The translations under genes were made by a program, and so were the position numbers. A stretch of DNA of 64,000 nt from Candidatus Bathyarchaeota archaeon. GTDB lineage: Archaea; Thermoproteota; Bathyarchaeia; Bathyarchaeales; Bathycorpusculaceae. The stretch lies in NCBI GenBank assembly GCA_963767735.1, contig CAVYES010000006.1, positions 480,001-544,000 of the forward strand, in the 5' to 3' direction. Below are positions 48,875 to 59,310 of this stretch, piece after piece. The notes below the pieces were generated by a model. That model did no database searches and was not told the DNA's origin. It was given only the letters and a program-made list of their open reading frames with translations. The number at the start of each line of letters is the position of its first letter. The stretch's first letter is position 1.

Positions 48875-49295
48875 TGAATTTTTGAATGTGTTTCTTGAAG
48901 GAGCGGGTTCGATGGGACCAAACTAGGTGTTAAGCTTAGTACTGCCCGCCTAATTTTGGAAGAGCACAGTGATTTATTTCATTTCTTTTTTATCTCTGCT
49001 TCCAGTCCTTTTTACTTTTGTTTTTCGTTTGGTTTTCTTTTTTCTCGTTAGCAGGTTTGTTTTTCGTTTTGCTTTTTATTTTTATTTCCCTCCTTATTAT
49101 AACTCTCCTCCATGCTTATCCGCTTTGCCTTCCGCCCCCGATTCGTTGACCGCTCAAGTGAGTAATGCTGAGAATGCAGTAGTTTATCTCTTAAGAAAGT
49201 GGAAAGCTTTAAGGAAAACTGCCCATAATATTTATTGCGGAATTTGCACAGAAACTTCATTAGTTTCTTATGTTAAAGGCGCTATAATCTTATTC

Positions 49296-49946
49296 ATGCC
49301 CAATTATTCCAAGAAGTCATTGCTAACTGCTAGCGACGAAGAATACTCAATGTTAATTGAGGTTAGTGAAGAATTTGAAAAACAAAAAACCGACAAAACA
49401 GCCCTCGAAAAATCTGGAACTGCAACAGAATTAGTCATACGCAATCACCTCATTAAGAGAAACCTTAATCTTTCAATGATTCCAAACGTCACAATTCAAG
49501 GATCAAAGATAAAAAATGATCTGCTTCTTTTAAAAGGCGACATAGACCCAAACCAAAAAAACTTCCCGACTACCAGTGTGAAGATGATAATAGAGATTAA
49601 GAACAACGCTGTCGGTGGTAAAATTTTGAAGAACGGAAAGCGGGAAGACCCTAACAAGGTGCTGCGCGCTAAATTCAGTGAGCTTGAAGGAACTACCAAT
49701 GTGAGGAATTTTGGTGTTATCGTTCTTTCTGAAACGCTACTTCCACCAAGAGGTCCTTACAAATGGCGATTTAAAGAAGAGGCGATAGGAAAAGAAAACT
49801 GCAAAGTCTTTACCTTAGTTGCCCGTCAGCTTTATCCTCCTGGCGGACTCTACATCAAGTCCAGCATAATAGAAATGCTTCAAAATGAGCAGATGAAAAA
49901 AACCGGAGAATTTCAACAGCTGATCAATTATCTTCAGAATTTGTAG
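49296..49946 (+). CDS. Putative PD-(D/E)XK nuclease-like protein
   Basis: GTATELVIR..KNDLLLL..IIEIKNN; ATG at 49296, upstream extension is low-complexity. Confidence 0.55.
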   Translation: MPNYSKKSLLTASDEEYSMLIEVSEEFEKQKTDKTALEKSGTATELVIRNHLIKRNLNLSMIPNVTIQGSKIKNDLLLLKGDIDPNQKNFPTTSVKMIIEIKNNAVGGKILKNGKREDPNKVLRAKFSELEGTTNVRNFGVIVLSETLLPPRGPYKWRFKEEAIGKENCKVFTLVARQLYPPGGLYIKSSIIEMLQNEQMKKTGEFQQLINYLQNL

Positions 49947-51480
49947 CCGTAAAAAGGGCAGTCTTAAGCGCGTTTGGGAATAGCTAAGCTTCACAAGCTC
50001 CCTCAGAGTTTCATGATTGACTGTAGAAAGAACCCAAAGTAGAAGGATATAAAAAGAAACGATTTCAGGTTTAACTTGCTTGCTTGTTTGATAGACAAAA
50101 ATGTAATAGAGTAAGTCTATGTCATTCAAGCCATGGTAATCGAAATCTCAACTACATCTCTCCAAGAAATTCTTTCTAAGAAGCGTTTTCTTTCTTTAAC
50201 GAGCCATTGTCCAAGAGTTTTATGATGTTAAAAATAATAAAAACAGAAAACCAAGCAAGAAGGAAAGATAGCTTCAAGAATGAGAATGAGCCATTTCTTT
50301 TGTAAGAAGGAGAGCTTAAATGTCAAAGAAAGGAGAAACCGGAGAACAAGATAGAGGAAAACCTCAGCCTCAGAAGAAGAAGGATAGAGATGCTAAACGC
50401 AAAGATAAAAAGTCCGCCAGACTTGAAAGACAAAAGTCCAGATAGTATAATAGCTACATAATTTCATTTCAAATTTTCTAATTTCTAAACGGATAAACAA
50501 AAGGGAGTAAAGGAAAACATAAAATAGGAAACTAAACCCATTGGCGACTACTGCTATTAGTTCTTTAACTCATTTCCTAATTTGCTGGTCGTCTAAATTA
50601 CCAATTTTACTCAATTTATGAGTTTGTAGACGAGAAGATTATCCCATATTATTTTGCGTGAGGTTTTGAACCCTTTTGGGTCAGGACGGACAGCTTCAAC
50701 CTTGGTCAAAATATGGGAAATATCCTTTTAGTTAGCGAGGTTATAGCAGAGGGGTAAGCTTTCTAAAATCAAAATTCCTCAGAATCTTTGCGTATTTATT
50801 TTTAAATAATTTAAAGCACTGTTCATAGTCACATATCTTAGAGTTATCAATATCAACGTAACTTTTCAATTCGGTTTTAGTCAAAATATCAAATTTCGTT
50901 ATATATAATTTATCACCATAATTACTTAATTACTCTGCTCTATCGCCTATGAAATTTACGATTATGCCGATTGCTTTTTACATAGGCGTTTTTAGGTTTA
51001 GGTTTATTTTCTTCATTAGGTTTAATTTTATTTTCTTCATTTTGGTTACTCAATTTACTTCGACCTCAAACTATTATTAAACATTCGACATGATTACTGT
51101 GACAATTCAGAGGTTAAAAATAAAGGCGTTTAGGGCTATTAAGACAATAGCTAATTTAGAGAATAGTGGCTATTGTTAAACTTTTTGTCTTTTTAAAATT
51201 TCGTTTTCTAGCAACTTTTTTGCATAAGTTGATACTCTCGATGAATACCGATAGTGGTGGTAACGTAACTGCTGAACTTGCAGAGGGCTCTGATAAGGTG
51301 AAAGTCGAAAAATACGGTTTAAATAAGACTTTTGAATTAACGCAAAATGACAGAGTTCTCTTTATTGAACCGAAAAAGCATTGGTGGCAATAAGTCTTAA
51401 ATCTAAAGCTGGCTTAGCGCCAAAACCAAGTTAAAGCGTACTGCATTTGAGTGTTAACTGAATTTAAAGTCCTAATTAGG

Positions 51481-51777
51481 TCATGGAATATACTCTTTAA
51501 CAAGCTCCTCTGCTTGTTCCTTAGACAGGTAATCTGACAGAAATATCTGAATAAGTTCTCTCAAAGCGGTTCTTCGCAGTTCCTTGTTGTATTGGGTATT
51601 AGATGCATCGTTGATTCTGCTATTTTGATTGTTGATCCCGCTACATGGATTGTTGATGTCATAATTTGGATTGTAGAAGTCACTATTTGGGTTATTTAAA
51701 TAGCTATTTGGATTGTCGTCTTGAGCCTTCAACTTTTTGACAATTTGTCTGAATATACAACCGATTGTTACAGGCAT
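51481..51777 (-). CDS. Small hypothetical protein with Asn-Pro-Asn repeats
   Basis: DNPNSYLNNPNSDFYNPNY; AGGT upstream of ATG. Confidence 0.5.
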   Translation of the reverse strand: MPVTIGCIFRQIVKKLKAQDDNPNSYLNNPNSDFYNPNYDINNPCSGINNQNSRINDASNTQYNKELRRTALRELIQIFLSDYLSKEQAEELVKEYIP

Positions 51778-52241
51778 ACAATTACTACCTTTTAAACTGG
51801 TCTATTTCTAAGGGAAAACATTCTTATTAGTCTATAAGGTTCAATGCCAGATCCTTATCTTTCTATGGCAACCGCGCGCTTTCTCGAGTAGCATACTACC
51901 TAGCTCTCATTGGTGGAATACTGCTGGTAATCTTCGGGTTGCTATCACTTGTCGGATATGCTTCCTCATACATTGGATCGTTTTTGGATTATAGCATCAA
52001 TTTATTGGTAAAAAAAAATTTTGTTTTACTGCTTCATCTTTTTTGTTCTAATTATTTACCACTGCAAGCCAAACTGGGCAATAATCCATGACATTTACAC
52101 ACTTAAACACATATACTTATAAGCATGTATATGTATATATGTTTATGTAAATAAGCGAACTCCAAAGGAACAAAAAACGGTCAAACAAGCTGCTATTAAT
52201 CGTAACTCGCTTATTTCAAAAATAGGGACAAGTGACTAAAA

Positions 52242-52385
52242 TTGGGCCGAATAAACGTTGACATCTCAGACGAATTAGAAAAACAGCTGAGATTGAAAAC
52301 TGTGGAGCAATTCGGCGGCAAAAAAGGCGACTTATCTAAAGCCGTCCAAGAAGCCGTAAGAGCATGGATCAACATCAAACAATAA
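52242..52385 (+). CDS. Ribbon-helix-helix protein, 47 aa (not in ORF track)
   Basis: Hand translation: MGRINVDISDELEKQLRLKTVEQFGGKKGDLSKAVQEAVRAWINIKQ. Confidence 0.75.
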   Translation: MGRINVDISDELEKQLRLKTVEQFGGKKGDLSKAVQEAVRAWINIKQ

Positions 52386-52612
52386 AGTTGCTCCTCAAAA
52401 TACTGATACCTAAATTATACGACGCCTAAATAAAAGGCAAGGGCAAGCCAGCTAGCCTGGAACATCCTCGTATGAGGGTTAGGGGCAATCTAGCTGGAAA
52501 GATCCCTTTGAAAAATATCCCAAGCAAAGCTGCGACGCTGTTGCTCGCCAGCTCAGAAAGAAAATTCGAAAATGTTCCTGCAGATTAATAGAAAGATAAT
52601 GGAGTCAGAAAA

Positions 52613-53590
52613 ATGAGTATAACCCAAATGAGTACAAGTAATGAAGTCCCAAAAATTAATCAGCGCTTAGTTGATAAGTGCCCTGAATGTGCAAGCAAAA
52701 ATCTAGTTCATGATTATGACTCGGGCGAAACCATCTGTGGTGACTGCGGTCTAGTTTTGTATGAACAAATGATGGATAAAGGGCCTGAGTGGCGTGCGTT
52801 TACCCAAGAGGAGAAAGCGTCAAGAAGCCGCGTCGGCATGCCCACATCTTATTCAATTCATGATAAAGGCTTATCCACAGCCATCAGCCAAGTGGACCGA
52901 GATGCCTTCGGAAGAAAACTCCCATTATCCACAAGGCTGCAAATGTGGCGTCTTAGGAAATGGCAAATACGCAGCCGAGTACATTCATCCGTCGACCGAA
53001 ACCTCGCTCAAGCAATGGCTGAACTTGAACGTTTGTCGAGCAAAGTTTCTATTTCAGCGCCAATAAAAGAAAAAGCTGCCGTCGCTTACAGAAAAGCACT
53101 CGACAAAGGCTTAGTTCGAGGAAGATCAATCAACGCCATCGCCGCAGCTTCACTTTATGCTGCTTGCCGAAAAAGCGGATCACCAAGAAGCCTTCGCGAA
53201 ATCGCTGAAGCTAGTCTTGTTGCTAAGAAAGATGTTGCAAGATGCTATAGACTTCTGCTGCAAGAGTTAGATTTTCACATGCCAACTTCTGACCCATTGA
53301 CGTATGTATCAAAAATTGCAGAAAAAACTGGAATATCAGGCAAAACACAGGGCGCCGCCATCGCAATACTAAGGATGGCTAGACAAAAACGAGTTTCAGC
53401 AGGAAAAGACCCTATGGGTTTAGCTGCTGCCGCACTCTATATCGCCTGTTTACAGAACGTCGAAAAAGAAACACAAAAAGACATTGCAGAAGCAGCTGGA
53501 GTCACAGAAGTTACAGTTAGAAACAGATACAAGGACCTAATGAAGCGACTGAACCTCGAAACCCCTGATACGCTAAAAATTCGCTTATAG
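52613..53590 (+). CDS. tfb: Transcription initiation factor IIB (TFB paralog)
   Basis: CPEC..CGDCG Zn ribbon, GPEWRAF B-reader, two cyclin repeats, VTEVTVRNRY. Confidence 0.97.
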   Translation: MSITQMSTSNEVPKINQRLVDKCPECASKNLVHDYDSGETICGDCGLVLYEQMMDKGPEWRAFTQEEKASRSRVGMPTSYSIHDKGLSTAISQVDRDAFGRKLPLSTRLQMWRLRKWQIRSRVHSSVDRNLAQAMAELERLSSKVSISAPIKEKAAVAYRKALDKGLVRGRSINAIAAASLYAACRKSGSPRSLREIAEASLVAKKDVARCYRLLLQELDFHMPTSDPLTYVSKIAEKTGISGKTQGAAIAILRMARQKRVSAGKDPMGLAAAALYIACLQNVEKETQKDIAEAAGVTEVTVRNRYKDLMKRLNLETPDTLKIRL

Positions 53591-53619
53591 GCAATATCGA
53601 CTAAATGATCTGCCGATTA

Positions 53620-53840
53620 AGACTATCGCTTATGACAACGTTGGGAATCGCGACATTTCTGGGGGTAATCGGGGTATTCTCTTCCTTTGGAATTCTCTAC
53701 ATCGGGTTAGTTGTCTTGAAGTTAAACCTACTTGTGCTCCAATCTTTCATATACCTGAAGCGATCAGCGGCGGGAAATTTGACCGTGTTTGCGCGGGGAC
53801 TAAGGGTCATTTTTGGTCTGTTAAACCTGCAAAGCCTCTC
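53620..53840 (+). pseudogene. C-terminal fragment of a P-type H+-ATPase
   Basis: LQSFIYLKRSAAGNLTVF then TKGHFWSVKPAKPL in shifted frame, resembling LKLSVAGHLTVFVART..FW..P. Confidence 0.6.
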
Positions 53841-54004
53841 AACCCCAAAAGGGGGCGCGGAACCATATATCAAAATAAGAAACTTTTAAGAAAAATCTGG
53901 AAAAATAACTTACAGAAACCAAGCGGGCACCTATAACATAAGGTAACGCCATCCAACGGTAGCTGTCAGACATGTTGAAGGTGAAAAAGTAGTGCGTAAA
54001 GAAG

Positions 54005-54751
54005 CTACATTCGTTTTCCTTTTTCCCAGTAGTAAAGGAACAAGTCTTTAACCCAGTTGTGGAAGGCGGGGTCGGTGCCGAAGAAGCCAGCATAGTCTAT
54101 CCTGCCTCCAAGTTGCATAAAGCATATGCCAGCCGCTTTCTCGGTAAGAGTGACTATTGCGGGAAGCTCCGATAGTCCACTGTATTCCACGTTTTTCGGC
54201 ATTTCAGAAATGCTTTCAACGGCTGGAAGGCGTTCTTTTGAAATGAGCATTTTCATTTGTATTCCCTGCTTAACGCGTTGATTCATAATTGGAATCATGT
54301 GTTCTGGAATGGTACCTTCGGCGATACCCCAAGCATACTGCTTAGCCTCAGCGAACGCTTGCGCGCCAAAATTCAAGTTCTTAATGCTATCCATCTCAAG
54401 CTCTGCACCTGCAAGCTCGCCTAATCTATTCACGAGTTGACAGGGAAGCCTCATCAAATCATGCGTTGAAAAATACTCCTTGTGCTTGGAGATAAAATCT
54501 AAAGAAGTGGAAATCTGAAGAACCAGCTTGCCATATTCAGCAAGAGCGAAGGTGCCATCAGGCTGACGCTGAATCAACGAAGCAGCACTCAACCGTTCAA
54601 GCTGCCGAAAAGCCTCCGTGGGAGAAATATTAATTCGGCGGGCGATTTCCTGCATTTTAAGAGTTTCAACCCGTAATTCCTTCAAAATGCTCAGTCGACT
54701 CTCACTCGCCAACTCAAAAAATAACTTATCCAATCCTGCGTTATTGCTCAT
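54005..54751 (-). CDS. ArsR-like wHTH regulator with DUF1724-type C-terminal domain
   Basis: FFELASESRLSIL, TEAFRQLERL, FHNWVKDLFLYYW. Confidence 0.8.
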   Translation of the reverse strand: MSNNAGLDKLFFELASESRLSILKELRVETLKMQEIARRINISPTEAFRQLERLSAASLIQRQPDGTFALAEYGKLVLQISTSLDFISKHKEYFSTHDLMRLPCQLVNRLGELAGAELEMDSIKNLNFGAQAFAEAKQYAWGIAEGTIPEHMIPIMNQRVKQGIQMKMLISKERLPAVESISEMPKNVEYSGLSELPAIVTLTEKAAGICFMQLGGRIDYAGFFGTDPAFHNWVKDLFLYYWEKGKRM

Positions 54752-54859
54752 TTTTTTCGCCCTTTACTAAACTTTTGATTCCACTTATTACTTCTTAGCA
54801 TCGGTATCAAATAAAACTAATCACACTCTGCGACTCTTTAGTGACTGAGGAAGACAAAA

Positions 54860-55165
54860 ATGGAAAAAGTCAAGGAACGAATCTTCTCTGTTGAACTTAA
54901 ATCAAAAAGAAACATTCAAAACGTCACTCTAACCAACGGCTCGAGCGCGCGTTGGATTGGTGGTATAGGGCTCTGTGTATTAGCAGTTCTGTTAGGGTTT
55001 TATGGACTTGAAGTTCTGTTAAAAGTCTTTAAATTCGTTGCAACAAGCTTTGTTGCCCCAGTAGGAATAGGTAGTTCAGTGGTAGCGCTCTTCATGTTCC
55101 TATTTGGATGGTATTTATACAAATCGGCAAAGCCACGAGGAACATTAAACGTACATAATCAATAA
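54860..55165 (+). CDS. Small membrane protein, probably chimeric
   Basis: Soluble N-terminus switches abruptly to two TM helices at GCGCGC (~54946). Confidence 0.45.
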   Translation: MEKVKERIFSVELKSKRNIQNVTLTNGSSARWIGGIGLCVLAVLLGFYGLEVLLKVFKFVATSFVAPVGIGSSVVALFMFLFGWYLYKSAKPRGTLNVHNQ

Positions 55166-55177
55166 GATTTCAAGGAA

Positions 55178-55663
55178 TTGAATTACATGAAGATTCTGAT
55201 TATTTATGATACAGCTTCAGTTAATAGGAACACGGATAAAGTTGCCAAGGCGATGAAGGAGGTTCTCAAAGAAAAAGGGTTTGAAGTTGACTGTCTCTAC
55301 GTTAAGGATGTTGACCCTGCAAGTGTGAAGAATTATGATTGTGTCTTGGCTGGGTCACCTACACATTGGCATAGGGCGACTGGACCAGTAATGCAATTTC
55401 TTGACAGGCTTGGCGAAGGCGCGTTTTCTGGAAAACTTGCCGCGGCATTCGACACGCAGTTTCAAATGCCCCTCAGTGGAAACGCTGCAAGCGGGATAGA
55501 GAAAAAGCTCGAAAAACTCGGTTTTAAAATAGTCATGCCATCTTTGGTTACCTACGTTCAAAGCAAGAAGGACGTTGACGGCAAGAGCGGAATGCACCTG
55601 AAAGACGGAGAACTTGAGAAAGCGAAGAAATATGCGGAAGACCTAGCACACAAACTTCACTAA
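55178..55663 (+). CDS. Flavodoxin-like protein
   Basis: ILIIYDT..NTDKVA, AGSPTH, AAAFDT. Confidence 0.85.
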   Translation: MNYMKILIIYDTASVNRNTDKVAKAMKEVLKEKGFEVDCLYVKDVDPASVKNYDCVLAGSPTHWHRATGPVMQFLDRLGEGAFSGKLAAAFDTQFQMPLSGNAASGIEKKLEKLGFKIVMPSLVTYVQSKKDVDGKSGMHLKDGELEKAKKYAEDLAHKLH

Positions 55664-55817
55664 CAACGTTTATTGAATAAGAGCAACCCGTTCTGCGCCA
55701 ACCGTCAGCTTTCGTTAAATTTGAGATTTCAATGCTGATGGTTACGGAAAAGAACAATCTTTATTTCTCTGGTGTGACCTTACTTACGAATTCATATTCG
55801 AGTAGTGGGGTGTAAAA

Positions 55818-55949
55818 ATGTTATCTCGTGATTGTGACGGATGCGAAAGACAACTATCTGAGTGTAAACGTCGTTTTTCTCAGGTTTGTTTAGGTGAGAA
55901 AGTCTTTTGTCCAGACGGCACAGCTCATCTCGTTGACTGCAAAAGTTAA
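55818..55949 (+). CDS. 43-aa Cys-rich microprotein (not in ORF track)
   Basis: MLSRDCDGCERQLSECKRRFSQVCLGEKVFCPDGTAHLVDCKS; GGGGTG upstream. Confidence 0.6.
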   Translation: MLSRDCDGCERQLSECKRRFSQVCLGEKVFCPDGTAHLVDCKS

Positions 55950-56155
55950 TGTCAATAAGTGACGCAGTTTCTTTGCAGGTACCATCAATGAAAGTACCTT
56001 TTCTTGTTTGGGCTGGGATGCGCTTAATTATTTAAGTGTCCTCAATTCAGAAGTAGTGTCCTAACTTGAATAAATAACCAGAAAAACAGTTTAGAGCAAA
56101 CGTCTTTGCACAAAAAAAGGGGGGAATTGGTCCAATCGCCCACGAACTGCGAGTG

Positions 56156-56935
56156 TTAAATTGTTGTGTTTGTGTTGGTAAGGATCTTTTCTTCGTGTCG
56201 TCCTATCTGATAGAGCTTTATGCCTGTCAGAACCCACCATATGAACGTTAGAAAAACACCTCCGACAAGAAATACATTTGGCCAAATAGTTGATCCATAA
56301 AAATTACCGTAAGCCCCATTGTAACCCGCAGGCGCGAGAGCCCAGTAAATGTAAAAACCGATAATGAGTATGTTTCCCAGAGTTCCCACGAGCGCAAGCA
56401 CTTTGTGGAAGACATGGCTTCGCAACATGGCAAATGAAATCATCAAGCCTGCAATAGCTATGAAGAGATACCCCACGCTATAGAACAAGCCTGGGTTCGC
56501 GGCGACCAACGCCTGGCCTTGTTGCAAGAATATGGTGCGTTGTGCGTCTGTTGTTGCAGCTGCGTATTGGTCGCTAACGGCAAGCATCGAGTAGGAGGTA
56601 TTCGTTGCCCAATACGCTGCCATGCCAGCAAAGGCTAAGGGTGTTGCGATTGTAACCCAAGTATTCTTTGCTCGTCTTAGGACAAAGTAGATGGCCAGAA
56701 ACATCGGGCCAAGCAGAGCTACGGCGACTGCGTCGAAGAACGCACTTTCTATGAATGCTAGAACCCTGTTAGTCTGAAAGAGCATGAACCAACCGATGGC
56801 GGTTGTAGGCGAAGGCTTAATGACATAAATGATGGCTTCGATTATGTATATCAGTAATGCAATTTGAGGTGCTATACCGCCGATCTTACATAAATCCTTC
56901 CACTTTGAATCAGCAGCTTCTTGAGAGTTGCTCAA
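56156..56935 (-). CDS. DUF4386-like multi-pass membrane protein
   Basis: WF.LFQ.N, SMLAVSDQYAAATTDAQR..GQAL; about six TM helices. Confidence 0.7.
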   Translation of the reverse strand: MSNSQEAADSKWKDLCKIGGIAPQIALLIYIIEAIIYVIKPSPTTAIGWFMLFQTNRVLAFIESAFFDAVAVALLGPMFLAIYFVLRRAKNTWVTIATPLAFAGMAAYWATNTSYSMLAVSDQYAAATTDAQRTIFLQQGQALVAANPGLFYSVGYLFIAIAGLMISFAMLRSHVFHKVLALVGTLGNILIIGFYIYWALAPAGYNGAYGNFYGSTIWPNVFLVGGVFLTFIWWVLTGIKLYQIGRHEEKILTNTNTTI

Positions 56936-57304
56936 AACGCTCTGCCCTCAAAAGCCCTATATGTGCAGATTTATTCTTAAATTTTTTCTTTTTTGTAGAA
57001 GCCTCAATTTAGGAACAACCATGTGCGCTCTAGCATACGTAATTCCCTGTTAATTTCCAGTCGATAATCCCGCTTATAAAAATGAGCCTGATATTCCACG
57101 CGCACTGATAAACAGTAAATATGTTCTTTTTATGTGGCTTAAGCTTTCACGACCTATCGCAAGAGGTTAATTGGCGTCAATAAGTTGGTTGAGCAAATGT
57201 ATGTGTGATGTTGCAGTAACAAATGTTTAAACATCAGCGATTGTCAATAATGATTTGAGTGTTTTTCTACAGACGAATAATCTTTGGAGGAGCTTGTTTG
57301 ATTC

Positions 57305-57700
57305 ATGGCTGAGAATAAGCGTAGCATACTGATAATTGATGATAACTCTTCTATTCTGAGAACTATGACTCGACTCTTGAGTAGAGAAAGTTACGATGTT
57401 TATACTGCGCAAACGGGCAAAGAGGCTTCAGAAAAACTGTCGACTAAAAAGTTTGATGCAGCTTTGATTGATGTTGGTTTAGGCGAAACATTGGGGACCG
57501 ATCTGTTGCCTCTGATGAATAAAGTAGCCCCCAACATGTTGAAGATTGTATTCACAGGTACGCCTATGTCAAAGGGTACGCTCGACGAGGTAAATAGAGG
57601 AGCCGACGTATTTCTGCTTAAGCCTGTTAAACCAGACACCCTCATTGGAATTCTCGAAGAAAAACTTAAAGGGAAAACAAGTACCGTTTCAACACACTGA
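57305..57700 (+). CDS. Stand-alone response regulator
   Basis: ILIIDDN, LIDVGL, FTG, KPV. Confidence 0.9.
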   Translation: MAENKRSILIIDDNSSILRTMTRLLSRESYDVYTAQTGKEASEKLSTKKFDAALIDVGLGETLGTDLLPLMNKVAPNMLKIVFTGTPMSKGTLDEVNRGADVFLLKPVKPDTLIGILEEKLKGKTSTVSTH

Positions 57701-57921
57701 GATTATACTCGTGCATCAGCTGGCGCCAGTATGGGTTTATGCTAAAAGCTGGAGATGGGTTCTGATTTTAAGTGCGCTTCTCTACCCCGTTTAGGGTGCA
57801 AAGAAGTGGCTTGCATATCCAATTACCTTGGATACTCTAATTAACATGAACTATTCGCCATCATGCTTTTGCGAAATTTAAATGAAGCAAATTACTAATT
57901 CAAATGAACCTCAACTGTGTA

Positions 57922-58010
57922 GATTTTTGACAAAATAAACTCAAAAACAATACAGAAAACCATAAAATGGCGCAGGGAGGGGGATCCCAGCCCCATTTTA
58001 CCAGTAAAAA
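57922..58010. mobile_element. MITE-like element copy D, right half only
   Basis: AAAATGGCGCAGGGAGGGGGATCCCAGCCCCATTTTACCAGTAAAAA. Confidence 0.65.
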
Positions 58011-58222
58011 AGATGTTGAGGGTGCGCGCTCCATTAGAAATGATTATTTAAAATTCCTTCAAGCTTAAAAGTTTTGAGATTCCTCTGGAGTAAGGGATCC
58101 TATTGTATTGGTAGCTGTCAATCAGAACTGATTTTTTTTATCGCTGTTTGCGCTGATAGGTTGGCTTCTTTGTTTTTTCGGCAGAAAGCGCAGAAACGGA
58201 GGAATGCTTAGATGTTAACTAA

Positions 58223-58606
58223 TCAAGGTTTGGTTCTGACTTGCCAAAGACCCATAACATTCCCTTCAGAATCACTGAAGTATGCTGTGTAGCCTCTATC
58301 GCCAAATTCAGTTTTGCCAACAAGTACCTTGCCGCCCTCTTTTGCAATTCTTTTCAATGTATCATCCATGTCTGTCACGGTTACGGTGACAACGGGCGTG
58401 GTTACCTCTTTGGTTCTCTTGATTATTGCACCATTCACTTCAAATGGCCTTGGCAAGACAACCTTATCGTCTACTCTTATTGTCAGCAGCCGGGTGTACT
58501 TGACGCCTGGAACAGGATTTAGCTCCCATTTGAAAACCTTCATATAGAAATTAGTTGCGCGTTCAACATTATCCGCTGGGATTTCAAAATGTTCAACTTT
58601 ATCCAT
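58223..58606 (-). CDS. VOC/glyoxalase family protein
   Basis: VEHFEIPADNVERA.NFY..VFKW, GGKV, AYFSDSEGN. Confidence 0.9.
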   Translation of the reverse strand: MDKVEHFEIPADNVERATNFYMKVFKWELNPVPGVKYTRLLTIRVDDKVVLPRPFEVNGAIIKRTKEVTTPVVTVTVTDMDDTLKRIAKEGGKVLVGKTEFGDRGYTAYFSDSEGNVMGLWQVRTKP

Positions 58607-58728
58607 AAAAATCAACTGTAATAGTAAATAAAATAATTGCATAAAAAAGTAACGGCAAGATGCCTCAGATGGGCCTATTCCAGTTTTTGAAGTTTTATTG
58701 TTTTGGCAGAAAGTGGAGGAAATCTTAG

Positions 58729-59165
58729 ATGGCGATTAATCAAGCCTAGCGGTTTCGGAGTTGCTGCAGGGCAATTGGGAGCTATCAAGTCCGGCGGCTG
58801 CCGCAAATATCTTGTGGCCTACAACTCGAACGGATGCGATTGGAGTGACTCAGGGAAAAGGATCCTTACAAGTAGCTGTCTACAACGCGAGCCCCAGCAT
58901 GCAGGTTGATGCGCTAAGTCGCGAATGTTACCTGGTTACTGAAAAACTTGTCGTCGACATAATTGTTGTTAACGCTAGCCAAAGCACAGCAGATTTGGCG
59001 GCTGCAGAATCTGCTTTGGAGTCCTTGCAGTCTGAAGTTATCCGCATTATACACTTGCAAGATCCAAACTATGTGGTAACCGGAGAACCGATTCATAGTA
59101 ATGCAACTGAGGTAACCCGCGTTATGATCAATGTTGACGCCGTGTACTTCAGCATTTCAAGTTAG
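58729..59165 (+). pseudogene. Probable viral tail-completion/terminator-like protein, frameshift near 58746
   Basis: GGAGG + ATG at 58729; size and alpha/beta pattern fit; call rests mainly on neighbouring gp10 and tail-tube remnants. Confidence 0.4.
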
Positions 59166-59181
59166 TAGGCAGGTGAAACGA

Positions 59182-59301
59182 ATGGCAGAACAAAAAAAGG
59201 CAGCAAACCAGAAGTTCAAGACCAAATTTAGCACTTGGGTTGTAACTTACAAAAATGGAGCTCAGGTTTTAGTTGAGCACAGAGTAACGAAAATAGCTTA
59301 G
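59182..59301 (+). CDS. 39-aa ORF following the putative viral gene
   Basis: AGGTGA RBS; MAEQKKAANQKFKTKFSTWVVTYKNGAQVLVEHRVTKIA. Confidence 0.4.
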   Translation: MAEQKKAANQKFKTKFSTWVVTYKNGAQVLVEHRVTKIA

Positions 59302-59310
59302 AAAATTGGT

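Noticed and set aside
48969-49295. Phe-rich N-terminal extension of the nuclease-like ORF
   Set aside because: Translation of T-rich intergenic DNA; ATG at 49296 is more plausible
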